Assembly: GCA_030141605.1 (NCBI GenBank)
Contig: JAQGDQ010000065.1
Coordinates: 558,001-622,000 of the forward strand
Source: Tubiluchus corallicola
Lineage: Eukaryota > Animalia > Priapulida
DNA length: 64,000 bases
Direction of reading: 5' to 3'
Part shown: piece by piece, positions 40,120-50,009 of the stretch
Numbering within the stretch: position 1 is the first letter of the stretch
Layout: each line of letters starts with the position of its first letter
The notes under the pieces: generated by a model
Databases searched by the model: none
The model's input: the letters and a program-made list of their open reading frames with translations, nothing else
What the model was told of the DNA's origin: nothing
Translations under genes and position numbers: made by a program

Positions 40120-40204
40120 ACCCGGGCCGCACTTTCATTAGGTTGACAAATCTCTTTGCGGGCCGCGCAAAATCTCACGGCGGGTCGCACTTTGCGCACC
40201 CCTG
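40120..40204. mobile_element. hAT (Charlie-type) MITE end
   Basis: Subterminal GCGGGCCGCA repeats and the terminus ...ACTTTGCGCACCCCTG, followed by CTCTATAG, an NTCTAGAN-like 8-bp target. Confidence 0.6.
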
Positions 40205-40379
40205 CTCTATAGTTTAAACTAATTGTTAAATTACCATTTTTTATCTTTAGATATTGGCTGAACCACGGAGGTTTTTAAGTAACTTAAGCAGTAAACATGA
40301 TTAACATGTTGAACAACATACAAAGATACACTAATTTTTCATTGGGTGCATGAAGTATATGATCTGACATGAGCCCTAA

Positions 40380-42080
40380 AGATCCGTCATTTTTTCTGTT
40401 TTTGACCATGCATTTTGTCTGCAATGTCTTGAATAGTAATAGTTGTGCATGTGTAGTCAGCAGTCTTCAATTTGTTCTTCAGATCATTTGCAAATTCAGT
40501 TATCTCGCTGTCGTTGTAATAATGAGTTGCGTAAAGATCTTCAAATTTTTTAGCAAAACGTTCTGCTACATCTTTTGATTCTGATGTTCCATTAACGAAA
40601 TACACTTTGGCGATTTTGAATCCCAAATTTTTCTTAGTTCACTAAAAAGATCTCTTTGCCTGTTTTCAAACATTGTTTTCACCATCTTTTCATTTTTCAA
40701 TTTAGTTTCGTTTTTCATGGTCTTACGTACAAGATAATGGTGTTTTGTTCTTCATTTTTCTTTACATCAGCGATAACACCCTGTCTTGGTGCCACAGCTA
40801 TTCCAAATACTATGCCTTAGCAGTGATTTTTGCTGAGCCTCTTCGCACTCATCATTCCACCCAACAATTATTTTGTTTTTATACTTCCTCAGCTCAACAA
40901 TTTGCTGCATAGACTTTCAATCTCTAAATCATGAATTCTGCAATTAACATTTTTACACATTGGAATTTCATTGCTATCATCTATCAAATTCTACTATTGG
41001 ATACCATTTGTCTATATCTATTTATATCTGCCTGAGAAGCTTTGTACCATGCTCGCGATTATTACATAAAATACTTAAAAAAGGGTCGTCTATAAATGTA
41101 AGTTATTACTTTGCAGGTTACCACAAGAGAAATCTGTGTTCCAATCCCCTCCACAAATTACAAAGTCTGGATCCGCCATATTTATAATTATACTTATTTC
41201 GTTTAAATGATAATTAAAAGATTCCACACCACGACTGTTGTTTGCACCTAAGTCACAAGACATGTAACAGTTTACTATAAGTAAACGTTTGTCTCCTATG
41301 TTTAAAATTATAGCGCAAACTCTTTTACTGCCATAATTAGTCACAGTAATATATCTATTCATGTTAGATTTGTATAAAATTGCGCACCCACCATATGGGC
41401 GTCCTTTCAAGACCATCGCAATTTGAGTTCACACCACTAGGTGCATAAAAATGAAAACTGCCTTCAATTTGCAATTGTAATACTTGCTCCTTCAACAACC
41501 AGTGTTCTTCTGTCAGTAAAATGTCACCTTTCTTGAGAACATTGTCTTGAATGTACATTTTCCGCTGCTGGTTAAGTCCGTTACTGTTGCTATATGAACA
41601 TAATACTATCTTCTCATTTCTGCACTAGTTTGTTTGTTGCAGAACCATGACTGATATCTTATTATTTGTTGTTTATACTTCTTCGCTTGAAAAGCCTCCT
41701 ACATGCAACATTCTCGGGCCAAAAATTTGCTTTTTAGGATTTTGTCACTCAATTTTCACTCTAAAAGACCAATTTAGAGAAGTACGCCATGACAGGCCAT
41801 TCAAAATTTTCTCAACTACTATGCAGCTGAACGCAATGATCTGTAGTATAAGAGTAGACAAAGTAAATCATCCATGCTTACATGGGTACAAAATTGCTTG
41901 CCATTCACAAATTTGCTCTAAAATGGCTTTTTGGGCGGATTCTGCAAATAAGCCCGTACAACAACAAGGCCCACCTGAAAATTAGTACTGCCACCAAGTC
42001 AACAAGCACTAAAGTCCCATCTGTTAGCTGATATTACCACTCTGAAAGAACAAAACCAACTTTTTAGCAGTTGGCTCCCA
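40380..42080 (-). mobile_element. LINE 5' half: ORF1 end, APE endonuclease and linker
   Basis: Translates to FWPENVACRRLF (ORF1 end); CSYSNSNGL, DILLTEEHWL, GRPYGGCAILY, LLIVNCYM and ICGGDWNTD (APE); VGWNDEC and VNGTSESKDVAERFAKKFEDLY (linker). Confidence 0.88.
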
Positions 42081-42717
42081 GACTGATTTATCTGTTTCTA
42101 AATCTGCATGTAATAATTGATTTTGGACGAGATGTTTAAAAAAGAAGAAAGCTGTCTTCTTGGTTTGTTATACTTTCGGAAAAAAATAGAAGTTAAAGTA
42201 GAAGAAGAATAAAGAACCAGTTACAACTGTTGAACCAGAAATTGACCAAAAATTGCATTTACCCGAATGACAAAGATGCCAGAATAAAGTGAACGTTGCA
42301 TTGAATTACGTTAAAATACAGTTTATTTAAATTGTAACCCGACCAATGATGAACATGTCATAATTATAGGTAAACGATAAGTTGGTCACAAATGTTCTTT
42401 ATTTTTATTTTTCTGCATCTACTTTTACTACAGCAATTACAGTACAATGCTTTATTTAGTAAATTTCTTAATATTTTGGATAGTATTTTATTATGCTAGC
42501 CACAAGTCGCAACAGAATATTGCGCATTAACTAACGACAACTCATACAACACTACACCACATTAACCAAACCTCACCACCCCCAGGACTTCACACCCAAC
42601 ACACGACACCACCCACAAACTGGGTGCTACGACAAACATTTTAAGAGCCATCAAACAATGATTGACAATGCACGAACATTCTACCTAATTCTTGTTTACT
42701 GCTTCGTAGATGATAAC

Positions 42718-43030
42718 AGGTACCACAACTTTGGTACAAGTAAATTTGGTACAGGTAAGTTTGGTATTGGTAATTTTGGTACCGGGAAAACATGGTACTA
42801 GGAATTTTGGTACGCAGTCATTTTGGTACTGGGAAAATCTGGTACAGAGAAAATATGGTATTGGTAAATATGGTACTAAAGAAGTTTTGTCAGGCATTTT
42901 GGTACAAGTAAATATGGTACAAGGTAAAAATTGTACGGAACAAGTTTGGTTCTAGGAAAGTTTAGTACTCGGAAAGTTTGGTACTAGGAAAATTCGGTAC
43001 AGAGAAACTTTGGTGCAAGTAAAGTTTGTA
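42718..43030 (+). repeat. ~20-bp tandem array (GGAAAATTTGGTACTA), left arm of a foldback-like element
   Basis: About 15 degenerate TTTGGTAC units; inverted counterpart at 44335-44555. Confidence 0.85.
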
Positions 43031-43139
43031 CAAAAAATATATTTTATATAACCTACTCGAACAAGCTATAGGGGCTCATATTGTTGTTTGTATTTATTTG
43101 TTTTTTGTTCGCTTCCTCTTTTTTGTTTGTCTGTCGTTT

Positions 43140-43510
43140 GTTATTTGTCATTGTTGTTGTTGTTTGTCTGTTTCTTGCTCGCTCTTTTCTTGTGAGTACT
43201 ACTACCACCACCATCATCATTGTTGCTGTCATCATGTTGTTGTTATTGTTGTTGTTGCTGATAATATTATTAGCGGTGAATATAATAATTATCGTTGCCA
43301 TCGCCACTGTTACTGTCGTTGCTGCCAAAAAATAACGATATGATTACAGTAAGTGATGGCAATAATATTGATGATAACAACAATGACGCTAGTGATGATG
43401 ATAATAATGACGATGACGATAACAGTGATGATTATTGCAAATATGACACTGATGATGATGTTGACAGCGTCAATGATTATGACAGTTGTAACAAAAACGA
43501 GAATGACTGT
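43140..43510. repeat. Degenerate compound trinucleotide tract (GTT/CAT/GAT/AAT)
   Basis: Seen directly. It produces spurious low-complexity ORFs. Confidence 0.85.
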
Positions 43511-43961
43511 GATAACTACTGCAAACAGTAGTTACTGCTGGCACGACACTATTTGGCATATTTACGGCACTTAATGATTCCAGTGATTTAAATTCCGTTC
43601 CGATTTTTTGCAAAATGCTTTTACGGGGCTTGGCTAGTGGCAATATATAATTTTCACTTTTGAAATTTGCCAAAACGTTGCAAAGCGCAAATGCTAGTAG
43701 CATTTCTTAGTGCAGTACTACTTTTATTTTTGTTCGTCTGACTGCTGGTTTAAAAAGCAATAAGTTTTACCTGTGCCTTTTGATATTGTGGTAATTAATA
43801 AAATACGGATGGACAGGCAAGCAGATAATTTGCTTAAAACAGGCAATTGAACATTATTTTGTTGTTTAATTGTTTCTAATACTGTAGTAATTCAGTAAAC
43901 AGCGAAACTATTATATACGTTAAATAACTGCTTAATTTCAGAAATATATCTTATAAGTACA

Positions 43962-43987
43962 ATGATGATGATCATCATCATCATCTA

Positions 43988-44029
<42 letters not shown>

Positions 44030-44030
44030 T
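43962..44030. repeat. (CAT)n microsatellite
   Basis: Seen directly. Confidence 0.95.
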
Positions 44031-44334
44031 AAGAAGTACAGTTCTCGCTCCATACTGTGTACTGCGGCCCTCACGGGAAATCATACAGTTTTTTGAAAAA
44101 TTTGCGGGAGAGTTTGAGACCATTCCCTATTTCCTGAAAGAATTCTCAAATATACCTTCATGGATGGGATAAAATTTCAGCTGTCGTGCACTATTAATTA
44201 CAATATAATATTTTATGAACTTTTTAATAAATCAAACTTTCCTAATACCATATTTCCTCCTTGCTGAAAAAACTTCTTATTTTCTAGTTGAAACAATTAT
44301 TTTATACTGAGATATAGAAATGCTCTCTTTTTCG

Positions 44335-44555
44335 TTTAGTAGCAAATTTTCCTAGTACCAAATTTTCCTGGTACCAAAATTTCTTCGTACCAAATTTTCC
44401 TAGTACCAAATTTTCCTAGTACCAAATTTTCCTAGTACCAAATTTTCCTGGTACCAATATTTCTTCGTACCAAATTTTCCTAGTAGCAAATTTTCCTAGT
44501 ACCAAATTTTCCTAGTACCAAATTTTCCTGGTAGCAAAATTTCTTCGTACCAAAC
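44335..44555 (-). repeat. ~17-21 bp tandem array (TAGTACCAAATTTTCC), right arm of a foldback-like element
   Basis: About 12 homogeneous units, the reverse complement of the 42718-43030 unit. Confidence 0.9.
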
Positions 44556-44735
44556 ATTCCCTTCATCTAGTGGACATCTGTCCTTACGACCGTCAAACAC
44601 TGTCCACCATTTTCTCCTCTTTCCGAAAGTAGGCTTGTTTTTTCCCAACATGCCCAAACGGTTGCACAAACGAGTTAGTTTTTCTGGAGGCTGTTTGTGC
44701 ACTTTTCCATAAAACTTGGGCATACATGTCCAGGG
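44556..44735 (-). mobile_element. Fragment of the Helitron-like family internal module
   Basis: tctagtggaca...catgcccaaacggttgcacaaa...tttctggaggctgtttg matches 14960-15050 and the reverse complement of 38120-38285. Confidence 0.6.
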
Positions 44736-45329
44736 CTAATTGATAAAAATGACACAAGTAAAAATGGCACAGGGAAAAACGACACGGTAAAAGCGGCACA
44801 GTCATAATAACAATTTTGCTTTCACAATGATTGAACTTTTGTAATTAAATAGATTGACCATTCGTCAAAATTAAGGCAAAATTTTATTTTATGCACACGC
44901 ACGCACGCATGCACACATTCTTTCACGCGCACGTATACATGTAACAGGTGACATCATGACTAGTTTTTAATCACTACAGAGCCTTCAGTAGCGTGAACAA
45001 TATTCATAAAGTGCTGATTATGTCCAATATATTTAAATTTCAGTGCGTAAGTTGTTTATTTTTACCTATTTATGCCACAAAGCATTGTGCTTGATTTAAA
45101 TTCACGTTGTCAGATCAGGAAGATTTGATTAAGAGATTTTTCTGCTTGTGATCATCAGCGGTTAGTAGTCTAGTGCGCGTCGTGCAAATAAGCTTCATGA
45201 CTAGCTAGCAATTGAACAATCACATTATTCAGCCATACGCTGTACATTATTTATAGTAGACATAGTAGAGGCATAGAAATGCTGTTATGTATGAGTAATC
45301 TTTGAAACAATAATGACTAAAAGTAAATA

Positions 45330-46559
45330 AAATCGTCTGTACATGCTTAACTGTCAAAGCTTAATATTAGATTTGAAAAACAAGAAAAGTTTAGAATTGC
45401 CTGCAGTGACCAAAGGTGCATCATTTACTGAATTGAGTAAGAAATTCCAAACTTGAACAACGAGGTTGGAAAAGAAAAACCCAAAACCTTTTTCATTCGT
45501 TTTACGAACGCGCAGCTTTAGACTATGGTTACTTTTTGGCCTATCAGCGAATGCTCTTGTAAAAAAAATTCAGGATCTAAATCAACATCCCTATGTATTA
45601 TTTTGTAACATATGACCAAATCGTTTAGCAATCGTCTCTCCTCTAACAATCATAAATGAAGAGTTTTTAGCCTTTCTGGATAGGTTTCATACATAAGTTC
45701 CGAGAAACTTCTATAGTTTTTATCGCCTTGTAAAATATCTTTATAAATTTTCAGCAATATCTACATCCCCATACAATGACGGGCTCCATATAAAGGAGCA
45801 ATATTCAACTGTTGGCCTCACATGAACTTTACATGCTTTAAGGAAACGTTTCTATTTTTAGTACTAAAATACGGAAGATCATGATCGGTATTCTATTGGC
45901 ATGGGAAAATGTTCAATACAGTGGGCTTTTGCCTTTAGACACATTAAAGATCCAGGTCTTTAACAACACAATAGTCTGAATTGCGCTATTATTGATGTAG
46001 TAGCAATTTCTGGGATTACTTTTCCCAACACGAAGTACATTACATTTGTTAACAGTAATTTTCAGTAGCCAGGTGTTGGCCCAATTTACAATCCTATGCA
46101 ACGTATTCTGTAAATTATCTGTCGAAACACATTGATATAATTTTACATCATCGGCAAAAAGTTTCAGCGTTGTTAAGTTTACAATTTCAGTGATATCGTT
46201 AATAAAAAATATAAATAAAATAGGGCCAATAACGCTGCCTTGAGCTACACCAGGGGAAATGGTAGCATAAGAAGAAAGCGAATTTCGAATTACGACCTGT
46301 TGTTTTCTTTCAGACAGAAAACATTTTATTCAGTCAAACAAACAGCGTTTTATTCCAAACGACTGTAACTTTAATATTGATTTCGGGTGGCTAACAGTAT
46401 CGAAGGCCTTTTTGAAAAGCAATATATATTGCGTCAAGATTTTTGCCCGTATCGACAACAACATTCCAATCATATAGACATTCCTTCACTTGCGTACAAG
46501 TAGACTTCTTAGCAATTATCATTTCCATTATTTTACCATCAGTACATGTCACCGAAACT
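45330..46559 (-). mobile_element. CR1-clade LINE, RT through 3' end, decayed
   Basis: Translates to PVSVTCTDGKIME, LDAIYIAFQKAFDTV, GVAQGSVIGPILFIFFINDI, KLFADDVKLY, WANTWLLKITVNKC, VRPTVEYCSFIWSP and FFSNLVVQVWNFL. Confidence 0.92.
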
Positions 46560-46800
46560 GGGGCCGTATTCACTAAAGTTCTTACGAACGATTTTTTTTC
46601 GTAATTCATAATACACAGGTATTGACTAAGCTAGTCTTCCTAAAAATCTTCTTAAATTTGTTCGTAACTTTACGCAAGGATTTATTAGCATTTAATAAAA
46701 TGGCTATGACTGGTATTTTCATGGAAAAAGAAAAGGCTATCTTGCATTAGACTTTTCAAAAGAAAGTGATAAACGCACTATAGTCCACGCAGCAGACTAC
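46559..46800 (+). mobile_element. PIF/Harbinger-like element left end interrupting the CR1
   Basis: Starts (T)GGGGCCGTATTCACTAAAG exactly where CR1 homology stops, with internal CTTACGAA/TTCGTAA repeats. Confidence 0.5.
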
Positions 46801-46813
46801 AAGGCTTGCATCT

Positions 46814-46815
<2 letters not shown>

Positions 46816-46849
<34 letters not shown>

Positions 46850-47050
46850 CATCAATCAATGCATATATCTACTACCTGCCTACCATACCTAGCTATCTGC
46901 CAACTAACTGATCAATTGGTCAATCAACCAACCGACCGACCTACCTGGCCATTTATCTATCTATCTATCTACCTACCTACCAACTAACCTACCTATCCGC
47001 CTACTAACCTTTCCCCGTACCTACCTACCTACCCGCCTATTTATTAATCT
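46816..47050. repeat. (CT)n plus degenerate (CTAC/CTAT/CAAC)n tetranucleotide tract
   Basis: Seen directly. Confidence 0.9.
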
Positions 47051-47589
47051 ACATTTTGTCTTGTTTTTCCTAGTACGAATTCGGCCAATAAACAACGTAT
47101 TTTTTGTGTTTTTAGTCGGTCTCTGGTTAACAACCGAGAAAATCTAGCGTGCTAGGCAAATGCAACAGAATAAAAAGTAAAGTCACGTTTTCTCCAACGT
47201 TATAATAAACAAGCAAATCCTTTAGCATTATTAAAACGGCTATTTCTTGTAATGGCATCGTAGTAGTAAACATAGGCTAGTCTTCCTTCTATTTTGTTAC
47301 AGATTAGCGTTGATCTTTATGGATAGTTTTGCTATTTTAGCAACGTTTTTACTAGCAGTAAAGCCAAGATTTTGCACCTGCTGTTAACGAAGATATCATT
47401 ACACAAAGCATCGTCACTCTGAAAAACGTAAACAGTTCACAGCACAAATTTAGGTTGCGTTTGTGTTTGGATAAAAAAATGGGATAGGCTACATTTTTGC
47501 AAGCAGTTATTTCTTTCATGCAAGCTATTTTCTCCAGCAAAGACACCTATGATTAATAAGTTAGAATTATTAGTTAGGCGTCAATTGTA

Positions 47590-48130
47590 TATACTTATTA
47601 TAAAAGTTTTACATGTCAAGTGTAGACCTACGTAAGTCAAACGTAGATTTAGGTAATTCAAATGTGTCTTGGTAATTCAAATGTTCTCTTAGGTAGTTCA
47701 AATGTGTTAACAATGGTTTTCAACAAAGCTTACATGTCTTTGTAAATCAAATGTAGCCACATGTCAAGTCAATTGTGACATGTCCGAAAGATGTTAAATT
47801 TAAAATTAGGAAGGACCTTAATTGCTCTTATAGCTGAGTAAATAATAAATTTATAGGCCTACTAACAATTTATAAATATTCTGTAAGCTTTACATACCAT
47901 TGTTACAGTTAGAAAAAACAATAGGTTGTTAAATTACAGCATGTTTATTGACAAAAACAAATTCATTAATACAATGTTTCACTGCTCACTAGGAAGTGGG
48001 GCCCTATTTATTCATTTTAGTCGACGTTTATGGTTTACCAACGGATTTCGTACGAGGATAAACAACGCATCCTTATATGTTATGAAAGAGGTGATAACTA
48101 TTTACCCTTTGAACGGCAACTTGGTATTAT
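47590..48130 (+). mobile_element. 5' part of a Tc1/IS630-like DNA transposon (subterminal repeats + N-terminal HTH)
   Basis: TCAAATGT repeats at 47615-47780. MVYQRISYEDKQRILICYERGDNYLPFERQLGI resembles the N-terminal HTH of IS630-Tc1-mariner transposases. Truncated by a LINE. Confidence 0.5.
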
Positions 48131-49230
48131 GAATAGCAGGAAGCACGCATTGCTTGGAAAGGGGGAACATTCATACAAATGTAGTGTCAGTAATGGCGTA
48201 TGGCAAGGGGCCATTATATCCCCTCTTCTTTTTAATGTATATCATGACATTCTTCTATTAAGATTACAAAGAGCTAAAGTTGGTTGTTTTGTTGGTGCAT
48301 CATTTGTCGGTGCATTATCTTACGCTGATGACCTTACTTTGCTCGCACCAAGTGCAAGAGCACTACAGAAAACGTTGATCATTTGCGAGCAATATGGATT
48401 CGAGTTTATCATTAATTTTGTCAATATTTCCAATAACAAAGTTAAGAGTCAGGAGCATATGCCCCATTAATAATACCCCATTAAAATGGTTTGATAAAAT
48501 AACTCATCATGGCCTTATTTTATTAACTCAAAACTTGATGATGCTGATGACATTAACGCAAAAAGAATTGATTTCATTTGTAGGATGAATCAGATTATAT
48601 CGGATTACATCGGATTGATCCCGTCCAAGATCAAATGTTTAATGGCTGTCAACTGCGGAAATTAGATAATACATCCATATTAACATTTTTCAAGTTACAT
48701 AATATTGACGCAAGACGATTTTGGGCACTACCGAATTGCACCCACACAAGATTTCTACCACTATTTTATATTTCGAACACGCATTCTTTGTCAATACAAT
48801 TACAATGCCGATTTGTAACATTTTACGTTAAATGCATCGATTTATCTAACGATATTGTGAAAGCAATTCCACGCTTTGCAACATATTCAGTTTCCAGTAC
48901 TGCCGGTTATAACATTCAACTGATATGTAGGAGATATAATGTAAAAAAACCTACTTGAATATTCAATTTCATATTTGCAGTCTCTAATAAAAAAAAGAAC
49001 TGTATGCCATCGTTGTCTTAACGTGACGAAAATTACCTTCTCTCAATTGCTTCTGATATTATGCAGTATCGAGATAGTCTGGCAGACACGTGGGTTTAGT
49101 TATGAAGAATTTGAATTATTGTTTAACTGTGTCTTGACAGTTTAAACGCCTTTTACTACAGACAGCTTGTTTTTTTCGTACTAGTTCGTTTGTGTAATGT
49201 GATGTAATATGTCTTGTAATTATATACACA
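48130..49230 (+). mobile_element. 5'-truncated LINE (RT to 3' end)
   Basis: Translates to SNGVWQGAIISPLLFNVY, VGCFVGASFVGALSYADDLTLLAPS and RRFWALPNCTHTRFLP. Same type as the element at 5565-7070. Confidence 0.9.
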
Positions 49231-49231
49231 A

Positions 49232-49990
49232 AGGAGCCAGCTTCTAAGAATCAACAAGCAATCGACGATCACGCAAGCAACAATGAGTGACAATAGTTTC
49301 GGCTGTTAAAGCCACTATCAAAGTATAAATCAAGCTAAAAAGAAGAATAAATAATACATTAATGATGCAAAGGCACAAGCTGAAACTACAAAACAACAGA
49401 TTAGAATTTAACTTATGAAAATAAACTAGGTTGTAACGGAAGAAATTGCAAAGAAATGTACAAAATTTTTACCTAACACATGAGAACCAAAAAAGAACAC
49501 AACAGGTAAACAATTAATCCAAGTCTACATAATGAAGAACCACAGCAGTAAGCATTACCAGAACAAAACACAAAGTCTACATTTTGTCCATTTTTACATC
49601 AGGTGGGAACTACAATAACGGAAACCAGTTGCATGTCAATGTGAAAGTGACAAGAGACTAAATCCAGTAGGACCACTACAGACCCTGAGGTACATAGTCA
49701 AACAAATTTCAACACACAGAAATAGATAGAGTGCGACAAGGAACCACCAATGATAGCTGCGTATTAAGAACTGGGCGGTGCTTCATAATGTATAAGGCCT
49801 CTGATATCTTGGCACCTTGGACATTACTTGCCCTATGTAAAATATTAAATGCAGAGCTGAAGCTATCCCAATCACCTCCGCAACCGAGCTGGCCTTTGTT
49901 ACGCTCCCCATTTCTAGTACAAAAATCTAACCAATGTAAGACGCCTGTTACACTCCTCAGGTGTACTCATACATAACATTAGAATGCAAT
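49232..49990 (-). mobile_element. Penelope-like element 3' part: GIY-YIG endonuclease remnant and 3' UTR
   Basis: Translates to VMYEYT*GV*QASYIG (GIY-YIG motif) and FNILHRASNVQGAKISEALYIMKHRPVLNTQ (ExxxI...PxLN). The hammerhead motif lies downstream on the same strand. Confidence 0.8.
49284..49328 (-). ncRNA. Degenerate minimal type-I hammerhead ribozyme motif (PLE-associated)
   Basis: Minus strand reads UUGAUAG-U-GGCU-UUAAC-AGCC-GAAAC-UAUU-GUC. Stem II is intact and stem III is the minimal GAAAC-N4-GUC form, with a U3/A8 core variant. Stem I is poor. Confidence 0.55.
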
Positions 49991-50009
49991 AATTTGTGAA
50001 TTCCTTTTG

